Assembly (NCBI RefSeq): GCF_964213995.1
Contig: NW_027590263.1
Coordinates: 62,001 to 126,000 of the forward strand
DNA from: Mustelus asterias
Lineage: Eukaryota
DNA: 64,000 nucleotides
Reading direction: 5' to 3'
How positions within the stretch are numbered: the first letter of the stretch is position 1; every line of letters starts with the position of its first letter. Under the pieces are notes generated by a model, which worked only from the letters and a program-made list of their open reading frames with translations, was not told the DNA's origin and did no database searches. Positions 25,475-35,510 of the stretch are shown here, one piece after another. Both the position numbers and the translations under genes were made by a program.

Positions 25475-25956
25475 AATAAGAAGTCTCACAACACCAGGTT
25501 AAAGTCCAACAGGTTTATTTGGTAGCAAATACCATAAGCTTTCGGAGCGCTGCCCCTTCATCAGATGGAGTGAAAATCTGTTCTCCAACAGTGCACAGAG
25601 ACACAACATCAAGTTACAGAATACTAATTAGAATGCAAATCTCTACAGCCAGCCAGGTCTTAGGGCATTCAGCCTTGGATCTTCAGGTAAGCATTCTCCA
25701 AGGCGGCCTTCACGACACACGACAGCGCAGATTCGCTGAGCAGAAACTGATAGCCACGTTCCGCACACACGAGGACGGCCTAAACCGGGATGTTGGATTT
25801 ATGTCACATTATCAGTAACCCCCACAGCTTGCCTCCTGATCTTGCAGAATCTCACTAGCTGTTCTGTCCGGAGACAATACACATCTCTTGAACCTGTGTT
25901 TAATGTTCCCTCCACCCACATTATCTGTACCTTTAAGACCTGGCTGGCTGTAGAGA
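25475..25956 (+). mobile_element. Penelope-like fragment (duplicate of 22723-23203)
   Basis: Near-identical sequence with the same 23-bp inverted repeat (25640-25662 and 25934-25956). Confidence 0.75.
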
Positions 25957-26051
25957 CCATCATGGACGCAATGGTTTCCGACAGCGCCGTGTATGTCTGT
26001 GCCATGGAGCCCACACTGCTGCAGAGACATATCGAATGCAGAACACAACCC
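25956..26051 (+). pseudogene. 3' V remnant with degenerate RSS (psiV-b)
   Basis: Same as psiV-a; CACACTG at 26012-26018. Confidence 0.8.
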
Positions 26052-26436
26052 CACACTGGCAGTTCCAGTTCGTGCCCAGCAGGGTGCGCTCGCACACGCG
26101 CGGCGAATTCCGTTTCCACCGAGCGAGTGACGGAGATTCTGAGCATTGCAACACAAAAACAGCACTTAAAAACAGCAACTGGCGTGGTCCAGCTGCACAG
26201 TTATATTAATTGATGACCGTTACTTACAGTTGCAGAATCATGGAATCGTAGAATCCTGACAGTGCAGACGGAGGCCATTCAGCCCATCGAGTCTGCGCCG
26301 CCCACCATCCAACCCAGGCCCTCTTCCCGCAACCCCACATATTTACCCTGCTAATCCCCCTTACACTAGGGTTAATTTAGCATGGCAAATCAACCTAATT
26401 GATTTAAGATTGTTCAATCGACCTGAGATGCATTAT

Positions 26437-27005
26437 AGAACATAGAACAGTACAGCACAGAACAGGCCCTTCGGCCCACGGTGTTGTGCCGAGCTTTATC
26501 TGAAACCAAGATCAAGCTATCCCACTCCCTATCATCCTGGTGTGCTCCATGTGCCTATCCAATAACCGCTTAAATGTTCCTAAAGTGTCTGACTCCACTA
26601 TCACTGCAGGCAGTCCATTCCACACCCCAACCACTCTCTGCACAAATAACCTACCTCTGACATCCTTCCTGTATCTCCCACCATGAACCCCATAGTTATG
26701 CCCCCTTGTAATAGCTCCATCCACCCGAGGAAATAGTCTTTGAACGTTCACTCTATCTATCCCCTTCATCATTTTATAAACCTTTATTAAGTCTCCCCTC
26801 AGCCTCCTCCGCTCCAGAGAGAACAGCCCTAGCTCCCTCAACCTTTCCTCATAAGACCTACCCTCCAAACCAGGCAGCATCCTGGTAAATCTCCTCTGCA
26901 CTCTTTCCAGCGCTTCCACATCCTTCTTATAGTGAGGTGACCAGAACTGCACACAATATTCCAAATGTGGTCTCACCAAGGTCCTGTACAGTTGCAGCAT
27001 AACCC
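26437..27005 (-). mobile_element. CR1 LINE 3' end with open ORF2 C-terminus (relatively young)
   Basis: [22 protein letters not shown]...[14 protein letters not shown]...RRLRGDLI. Confidence 0.9.
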
Positions 27006-27009
27006 CACT

Positions 27010-27335
27010 GACTCAAGTCGCGGAAAAGCAGCTAGCATAATTAAGGGCCGCATGCATCCCGACATTCTCTCTTCCACCTTCTGTTGGGAAAAAGATACAA
27101 AAGCCTGAGGCCACGTACTAACAGACTTAAGAACAGCTTCTTCCATGTTGCCATCAGAGTGTTGAATGGACCAAAGTTGATCTTTCTCTCCATCCTACCT
27201 CTGACCGTAGCCATACATGCTGTACTTTCCCCTTTCCTTCTTTAAGTACAATATGTTTATTCGGATAGTGTGCAAGAAACAACACTTTTCACTGTATGTT
27301 AATACATGTGACAATGATAAATCAAATCAAATCAA
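27010..27335 (+). mobile_element. Rex1/Babar-like LINE 3' end
   Basis: Decayed GKRYKSL..TNRLKNSFF C-terminus and (AAATC)n tail. Confidence 0.65.
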
Positions 27336-28614
27336 AAATGCAGTCTCGAGTTACTGAACTTTTCTGAGACTCACAAAGACCAGCGTCTGCAGCAGTTGTG
27401 GGTTGTCAGCAGATGGTAGCATTGTATCATTTGTAGACTCAAGATAAATAAACAGTTTTGAGGTGATTTTCAATATAAATTTAATACCTTGCTTCCCCAG
27501 AAAGCAACAGCATCCGCATCCCTCTCAATAATATCCACAAGGAAATCTGGCCCAAGGATAGGGAATTTAATACTTGATTTATATTCATCCACTCGCGAAT
27601 AAATGTGTCTCTTAACTGCTAATTATTTCTTTACATTCACTTTAATTTTTTGGAAGAGCTGGCTACTTTTTAAATCCAGATTTTATTAAGTATTATTTCA
27701 TTATAATTGGACACAAATCTAATTTTCTCTGAATTTTCCATTATTGAGTTCTCATGTGTTCCAGAGAGCCTTCACAACCCTGCCTGTATTCTGTTCCATC
27801 TATATTAAAATGTGTTTGCTTATTTGAAGATTACACTCCGGCACATTTGAGGCCTTAAGTCACTCTGACCTATAACACACACTGCAAAATTCAGGGGCGC
27901 ATTGGACTGATTTGCTGTGCAGTTATTTGAGTTCTCAGTGAATTGAAGCAAGTGCGCTGTCGAATGCTGGCACTGGATTTTATTAAATGTCGTCGCAGCT
28001 GCAACATGACTCTGATTGCAACTGAATGGATGTTTCGGGCTAATATTTTATGGACATTGTCGTCTCAGCACACGACAAATGACTCGCAACCGCCCACCAC
28101 CCCTCCCTTCAATTCCTCTTCCCCAATACCAGCCTTCATTAATCGCACATCCACTTCTTCAATTCACCATCACTAGATACAATAGTGAATACTTCCCGAA
28201 CGGGGTTGGGGGTGGTGGGGGGGGTGGGGGGGGCGGCGCAGGGGGACGTGTGATGTGAGAGATCGGGTGGTGGGGCCGGTACCGTGAGGCTGGTAGGGGT
28301 GGTGCTGGCAGATATTTTCGTTGTGGGATGACTGTTGATGTAAAATGCTAAGGTCAGTAACTTCCTCCCGAATTTGACAGGCGAATATTTTATTCTGGAA
28401 CTCAATGTGTCCAGCACGTGTTAAATCGCTGATTTTAACTGATTCAAATCCAGACAGCTTTGGATCTGAAGTCGTTTCCTTTTGAATTTCTACAATTGTT
28501 GTTCATGGATTTATCGGGATGAATAAAGCAAAATCGACATCAGTGTGTTTCTGATTGCGATGAGTTTCTGTAGCAAAACATCAGATAAATACGTTGTGGT
28601 GATAGAATAGCTTA

Positions 28615-30282
28615 TTACTGTTTAATGAATTTCAAAATTCCAGTTACTGGAAACATCACCACATTTTTCAGATCCTCTCTGAACTGTGTCTGTGTCACTG
28701 CATAGATGCATGTGTTGGTGCAGCAACTCAGGAGTTGGAGCATAAATCCTAATTCCTGAAGAAAATGTGGTAAACGCGACAGAAATAATTTAAACATGTA
28801 CAGTCGGTCATAAAAACAATAGAAGAGGAACACTGACCATAACAGGAGAAAATTTCCCGATATTGCAAACAGTATGATGATAGATTTTCTTCTTTTCTCT
28901 ATCTCTGGGTCACTTGGACTTTCCCCATTCTTGTGGGTCCGAAGTCTCCTGCGGACTTTACTCAACACCACAATGTATTTAACGGTTAAAACGTTGAACA
29001 GCACAACCAACACAAAAGGAATAGTCGGGGTTAAAATATAGTGGAGACTTTCAGCTGCTGTCCATGCTGGTGAGGAGGCGACATCAAAATCTACAGAACA
29101 GAAATAGGGAGTATTGGAAAGCCAATAGCTATTCTCACACATAAAGTACCAGAAAGTGTTTTTTACAGTGAATACCACACTCACTGTTCCTAGAACCACA
29201 GTTGCCGTTTCCTCAGTGCAGTATTTTATTTTCAGCTTCTGACAAGTAATGGCCACGAATCGATCAAAGGTAAAAGTGACAGTGAACCAGACAGAACAGT
29301 CAGTGACTGCGTAAAGCAGGACGGCATGGATATTGCACACTTTAACATGATACATGAAGACAAATTGATCTCTGAAACTGATGGGAATTTGCCTCAATAC
29401 GAGGTCGATGATGACGACGAGTAGATCCGCCGCTGACATGGAAATTAGGTAACGTGAGACACATTTGGAAAGTCCACACCTCCCTCGAGACAGGATAAGA
29501 ATCGTCAATAAGTTCACTGCAGGGAAGTGAGAGACAATTAACTCATATTTCAGACTGAGAACAGGAGCAGTAATCTGGCAGGTTTCTGGGGAACAGCTGC
29601 AGGATTTTGTTTTACAGAGTCCAGCCTCAGAAAAACATGGATTCACCTGTCCTGCTGAGACTGGGTTCACAGTAAGAAAGCATCGCACTGAGGTATCAAG
29701 AAACTAAATTTACCAACAGAGCAGATCTCCAATTCCCTGCCTTCTCTTTATTTGTATTTGGGAGACACAATGGTACCAATGGGTTTGGACGGAATGTTCC
29801 TGGTCTGGGTCACTCTGCTGTGGCTGTGCTGCAGACTGTGCATCTGAAGATATTGCATAAGTTGATTTGGAATTGGCTGTAAATCACAAAACTGGAAATT
29901 ATATATTTTATTTTACTGAGGCAGGACCCTGTAGATATTAAGGCAGGAATAGTGGAAGTGGCCGGTGAAGGTGTGGTGGGAGTGAGGAGAGGGGGTTGGT
30001 AGTGGGGAGGGGGGAGAGTGTGAAATAGAGAGCAACCACCAGGCAAGAGTAGGGAAATGTCTGCTGGGAAGATAGAGAAATTTTCCAATTGCATTAGCAC
30101 ATATGCAACATGAAGTTTGCACATTATAAAATTATTAATTGGGTCTCATGGACAAGTGCAATCAACAGAGTGAAATTTAACTCACCAGCTACACCAACTG
30201 CAGCGAGGAGTGGGTAGTAAATCCTTTGGATATCGTGAAGTACCCAAGCAACACGAAGCTCAAGTGGAATAATCCAGAACAT
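28615..30282 (-). CDS. Two-exon class A orphan GPCR, GPR139/GPR142-like (~332 aa): exon 1 30282-30186, exon 2 29516-28615
   Basis: Exon 1 starts TAA ACC ATG and reads MFWIIPLELRVAWVLHDIQRIYYPLLAAVGVA with a phase-1 GTGAGT donor. It joins ccctgcag|TG AAC to give VNLLTILILSRGRCGLSKC..SAADLLV..TFDRFVAI..PFVLV..SCCTNTCIY. Seven hydrophobic segments, no internal stops. Confidence 0.88.
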
Positions 30283-31914
30283 GGTTTAGTGACTCAGAGA
30301 TTCAATGATCACTGGTTGTACTGGAGACCACTCTCACTTTTAACACTGATGCGCACAATGAAAACATTCTATATTTACCGAGTGAGGAAAGTCCCCTGGT
30401 GAAACAATTAAATGATGTGCGGAATGACATTAATCACGATCAATGAACAAACATGATGACTTCGGCTTTTATTGCAAAATATATGTTTATTGAAAGTCTT
30501 TTGCACTCATATTATAGGAACTGACTGAAGGCAAACAGATTTGTCCAGCAGTTTGGTGAAAAAAGATGAATATTGATTAACACTATGTACTGAACTGAAG
30601 TGAATTAAAGGAGTTACGAATATTTCTATCACATAATGTCAGTCTACAATTTCAGAATTTGAATGAAATTGTAATCATGAAATTAGTGCAGATTCGGGAT
30701 TCTTCTGTTCATGCAAGAGAGGTGCCAGAAGCAGGATGATTGGAAACATCGCACTGCTGCTATTCAGCAAGAAACAGTTTAAAATCAATAAGACAGACAT
30801 TTACCCTCAAGTTGTTCACAGATAATATTTTATGGAGATTACTCCGAGAGAGGGGTAAATCACGTGTCCAAACTACTTTCGGAAACACATGTACAATTTC
30901 TGGTATCTTTGGAGATAAGTGAGGATGTGTCCTGTATCATTCATTCAAACTTTCATCTTCTTCCTTATGCCATGTTCCTTGCAGTCTGTGTGGAAGCTAT
31001 TCCCTCGATCTTGAACTGTTGCATTCTCGAAATGTCTTGGACTTTCAACTAACTTATCCTGGTAATATTCAAAGCCTTCGATTACTTTTGATTGGTAGAT
31101 TGAAAAAGAAAGTATCAGTCCAGAGTTTTTGTAAAACTGGCAATGAAATATTATTTAATCTGAAATATACCCGATATAATTTTATAAGTACCCTTTCAGT
31201 TTGCAAACCTCTGGTGAAAATAGAACAGTAGAAAGTCGATGGTGCAGGCAGTGGTCATTCAGCTGATCGTGTGGCGCCGGACACAACAGCGACAAATGGA
31301 GCTAGTAGCTCCTTTTAATACCACACTCTAACAAGTGACCCGAGGCTTTGACGGTTGCAGCACTGTGGATGGAGAACCCATATTAGAAATAACGTGTATA
31401 CTCCTGCGTCTCGTTATTTTATGGGAAATATAATTGCAGTCGAGGCGGTCCAGTTCAGATTTTCCAGATGATTAACAGGAATCGGTGGGTTTCCTTTTGG
31501 AGATGGTTGGCCAGGCTCTCCCTGCACAACCACTAAACCTCCTCACGCCTGGACTAGTGCTGTATGTACATTCAGCATCAGCAATTGAGCTCCAACTTCT
31601 ATCAGTCACCTCTCCCCACTCCAACTCTGTAGCGAACTACAGAACCTTTGCCTCTCTTAATAAACCGCCCCACATCAACATCGTCCTCATACTCCTATCT
31701 TTTCCGCCTCTCTCTCATTCTGTTTTTCATCGGCCAGATTGTGGAGAGCCAAAGGGAGAGAGAAAAATCCACACTCAGTCCTTCAATAAATTGCAATCAA
31801 AACGTTTCCTGCACATTCCACTCGTCCCATCAGTTGACTGCGAAGTCTAAAACTGCCAGCGTTGTCAGAGAATACAGATTGAAAGATGACCACTTTCATT
31901 TGGCGAGTGGTTAA

Positions 31915-32110
31915 CACTGAGGTTGAGTCTCTTTGACGACAAGAAGATATGGATGGAATGTTCAAATGGGCCGGTAAGTTGCAGATGGAATTTAACCCTG
32001 AAAAGAGTGGTGATAAAATTTAGAAGGAGCAATTTGACAACGAAGTATTCAACGAATGGCATGAAACTAGAAAGTTCTGTAGAACAAAGGGGGCTTGTCG
32101 TGTTCCCCAT
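31915..32110 (+). mobile_element. Old CR1 fragment
   Basis: gcagatggaatttaaccctgaaaag (WQMEFN-type motif), heavily decayed. Confidence 0.5.
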
Positions 32111-32804
32111 GTTGAAATTGATGAAATGCTGAGTAAATTGTGTTATAATTCTCTGGAGTCAGACGAAAGACATGAGATTGTTTCCCATTGTCTTTCCATC
32201 CCTTTATCTTTATTACTTAGCCTGAAAATTCCTGTGTTGCAGCATTTGCTTCCCTCTCGGGATCTCCATCTAAATCCTCAGTAATGTTCAATCCGTGGAC
32301 AGTTCTATTTACAATCGCAACCCGAGGAAATCTACCTGTCAGAACGAAGAGTTCAGCGTCAACAGGTCAAGCGCGTGGTAATAAGATTAAGGTTCTTGAG
32401 AAGTCGTCACAAACTGGTATAAAAATAAATAACATTTAACACGAGCGAGTTAATCCGATCAAATAAAACCACAGACATCTGAGGCCTCTGGGTTTGTACT
32501 TATAAACGTTAATAAGATTAAGTATACTCTTTCACTATTGTCGTTAATTTACTCTGACTAAAATGATTGAATTCTGACAGACGCACCGATAGATATCGTA
32601 ATTAATACTATACTGATGGCAACGGAAACATGGTCTATTGCAATATGAAGACAGGCTCTGGTGTCATAAAGAGCTGATCTCCGGTTGGAAGGAAAGAGAG
32701 TTAAACCGAGAAAGAGACAGAATGACTGAGAATGTGACAGAGAGCAAGAGGGTGAGAAAGACGCACTCAGCCTGGGCTACAATTTGATTGGAGAAAGCCA
32801 GCCG

Positions 32805-32945
32805 CACTTCGTCGTCAACTAACAGTAATTGGTCCAAAGCTAACATCATCTCAGGCAGACTAACCAATCGCAGCACTGAGAAACGCCCCCCAGTTCCCCA
32901 ATAATTGCAGTTGCCTCTGATCTGAGTTGACTCTGTGATATAAAC
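32805..32945 (+). promoter_or_regulatory. Putative V3 promoter: CRE-like half site (~32811), CCAAT (~32863), TATA-like GATATAAA (~32937-32944)
   Basis: Motifs lie within 200 bp upstream of ATG 33001. Confidence 0.4.
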
Positions 32946-33000
32946 TAGAAGCAGCAACATCGTTTAAACAGTGTGGCTGTTTACTGTCCAATCAGGAACC

Positions 33001-33436
33001 ATGTGTTCCCTGTGTGCTTTACTGATAATAATGGTCATGCTGCCCGGTGAGTCTGAGCTCAAATCCTCAGTGTGTGTTTCATCGGTTATATTCACTCAGA
33101 TTTCTCACACATTCTATATGTTGTTACAGGAACCAGTGGCCAAGATTCAGTTTTCCAGGACCTGCCCGAATTCACGGTCCAGGAAGGGCAGACGGTAATA
33201 TTGAACTGCAACTACACAACAAAATACACTGGCGAGACTCTCTTCTGGTACATTCAACATCCCGGGGACGCTCCGAGATATTTACTGAAAAAATACAGCA
33301 AGGGACAGGGGGAAAAGTCTCCAGATTTCCCTGACCGGTTTTCGGCTGAATTGGACAAAGACAAGAGAACAGTTCCTTTAACAATCACCGGGGTCCATGT
33401 CTCTGACTCTGCCGTGTATCACTGTGCGCTGAGCCC
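33001..33436 (+). CDS. TCR variable segment V3 (alpha/delta-like), intact: leader 33001-33046, V exon 33130-33436
   Basis: MCSLCALLIIMVMLP with a G|GTGAGT donor and ttacag acceptor; GTSG-QDSVFQ..VILNCNY..LFWYIQHPG..DRFSA..LTITGVHVSDSAVYHCALSP. Confidence 0.93.
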
Positions 33437-33475
33437 CACACTGTTACAGAGACACAGTCAGCCCGTACAAAAACC
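33437..33475 (+). other. 23-RSS of V3
   Basis: CACACTG (33437-33443), 23 nt, ACAAAAACC (33467-33475). Confidence 0.95.
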
Positions 33476-33804
33476 GGCAAAGGCAATCTCACCTCCTCTC
33501 ACTGAATCAGATCTGTGAGCTGGATTGTGGATTTGTAATTGAACCCAAATCATATAAAGACCAGCTTGGCTGGTCTTTAAGTCCCCTTGAAACACAAGGG
33601 GAATCAATTATATTTGCAAAAGTAAATCGAGAAACAATATTTGCAACATATTATTGATCACGCATTTATCATACATAACTTTAAAATGAGGGCAAACCTC
33701 ATTTTAAAATAATGCCTTTATTGGTGAAGTTAAACTTTAACCACTTTTATAAATGACAGTTACTGCAGTAAAGCAGTGTCCTGTTTTTTGGACAATTGAT
33801 TTGT

Positions 33805-33890
33805 TCACACGTGACCCGGAAGAGAAGCAGCTTCGGATCAACAACCACATCCTGATACCGGAAGCACGGAGTCTGATTCCAGCCAATCAG
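33805..33890 (+). promoter_or_regulatory. T-cell-type motif cluster upstream of V4: E-box, two ETS CCGGAAG, ETS:RUNX composite AACCACATCCTG, GATA-like, CCAAT
   Basis: CACGTG 33808-33813; CCGGAAG at 33816 and 33858; AACCACATCCTG 33843-33854; CCAAT at 33883. Confidence 0.6.
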
Positions 33891-34035
33891 ATTGCAGAAA
33901 ACCCAAGTGTCTGAAACTTTATCTGGTGCATCTTACATTTGCCAAATGTTGAAGACGTTGATTCAATCCATGCTCTTCTGCTGTGAGCTGTGCTCCGTAT
34001 TCTTACTGACATTGTTATTATATCACACGGTGCAA

Positions 34036-34299
34036 ATGAAACTGTTCCTTATCATTCTGGTGGTGCTAACTTGTAAGCGCAGGATATTTATTTGTGGAGC
34101 TATTTATTTATAATAATTTTGCTCCAGTGTCTCACTGTATGAATGTTTTTTTATAGATCGGTGTCACTCGGACCAAGTTTCACAAACTCCCACAGCGAGA
34201 ACAGTCCAGAGCGGGGATTCGGTGCAAATAAACTGCAGTTATGATATGTCCACCATTTATGGAATGTATTGGTACAGACAAAAACCCGGTCAGGGACTC
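34036..34299 (+). pseudogene. TCR V segment V4 truncated in FR2 by a satellite: leader 34036-34072, V exon from 34157
   Basis: MKLFLIILVVLT with a T|GTAAGC donor and ttatag acceptor; YRCHS-DQVSQTPTARTVQSGDSVQINCSYDMSTIYGMYWYRQKPGQGL, then satellite and a stop. No second Cys or RSS. Absent from the ORF track. Confidence 0.88.
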
Positions 34300-35115
34300 T
34301 CTGTTATGACAAATCTCTCTGTTATGACAATCTGGGCCTTGTATCAGTAAACTCTGCCCGAAGCCTCTCTCAGTTATTACAATCTGGGCTTTGTATCAGT
34401 AATCTCTGCCCGAAATCTCTCTCTGTTATGACAATCTGGGCCTTGTATCAGTAAACTCTGCCCGAAGCCTCTCTCAGTTATTACAATTTGGGCCTTGTAT
34501 CAGTAATCTCTGCCCTAAACCTCTCTCAGTTATTACAATCTGGGCTTTGTATCAGTAATCTCTGCCCGAAACCTCTCTCAGTTATTACAATCTGGGCCTT
34601 GTATCAGTAATCTCTGCCCTAAACCTCTCTCGGTTATTACAATCTGGGCCTTGTATCAGTAAACTCTGCCCTAAACCTCTCTCAGTGATTACAATCTGGG
34701 CCTTGTATCAGTAATCTCTGCCCTAAACCTCTCTCGGTTATTACAATCTGGGCCTTGTATCAGTAAACTCTGCCCTAAACCTCTCTCAGTGATTACAATC
34801 TGGGCCTGGTATCAGTAATCTCTGCCCGAAACTTCTCTCAGTTATTACAATCTGGGCCTTGTATCAGTAATCTCTGCCTAAACCTCTCTCAGTTATTACA
34901 ATCTGGGCTTTGTATCAGTAATCTCTGCCATAAATCTCTCTCAATTATTACAATCTGGGCTTTCTTTCAGTAATCTCTGCCCGAAACCTCTCTCAGTTAT
35001 TACAATCTGGGCCTTGTATCAGTAATCTCTGTCCTAAAACTCTCTCAGTTATTACAATCTGGGCCTTGTATCAGTAATCTCTGTCCTAAAACTCTCTCAG
35101 TTATTACAATCTGGG
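34297..35115. repeat. 52-bp satellite array 1 (~16 units)
   Basis: Unit cctctctcagttattacaatctgggccttgtatcagtaaactctgcccgaaa. Confidence 0.95.
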
Positions 35116-35189
35116 AAATTTGTGAGCCTTGTTTTGTGGAAAGCTTTAGTGTTTGGTCAGAATGTTAATTTTTGAGTGGACCTACCATA

Positions 35190-35510
35190 TGTTAAGCTGA
35201 TCTTTCTCTATACCCTATCGGTAACTGCAACACTGTATTCTGCACCCTCTCCTCTCCTCCCGAATGAACTCTATGAACGGTATGTTTTGTCTGTGTAGCG
35301 TGCAAGAAACAATCCTTTTCACCGTGTCCCAATACATGGGATAGGGCGACATGGTGGACAGTGTTTAGCACTGCTGCCTCACAGCACCAGGAACCCGGGT
35401 TCAATTCTCGGTTGGGAGTTGAGTATGCACATTCTCCCTGTGTCTGCGTGGGTTCCCTCCGGGTGCCCCGGTTTCCTTCCACAGTCCAAAGATGTGCAGA
35501 TTAGGTGGAA
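35190..35510 (+). mobile_element. Rex1/Babar-like 3' UTR fragment followed by an HE1-like SINE
   Basis: Similar to 27170-27310; SINE head ggcgacatggtggacagtgtttagcactgctgcc...gggttcaattc. Confidence 0.6.

Noticed and set aside
29517-29688. N-terminal ~57 aa of the 357-aa GPCR ORF
   Set aside because: It is intron read-through; a proper exon 1 with the start of TM1 lies at 30282-30186.
30885-31052. Leader-intron-like stretch ending ttccttgcag|..CVEA
   Set aside because: The putative leader has an early stop, and the downstream sequence lacks V-domain Cys/Trp spacing and an RSS.
31340-31400. CACTGTG at 31361 as a J-segment RSS
   Set aside because: There is no nonamer at 12 or 23 nt and no FGXG/WGXG motif or donor site downstream.
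21875-33436. NAR-TCR, IgNAR or IgH-type V identity
   Set aside because: Each V has its own leader, a WYQQ/WYIQ-type FR2, no extra CDR1 cysteine and no adjacent D-J cluster.
34278-34286. Perfect nonamer ACAAAAACC inside V4 FR2
   Set aside because: There is no heptamer at 12- or 23-nt spacing; the RQKP codons explain it.
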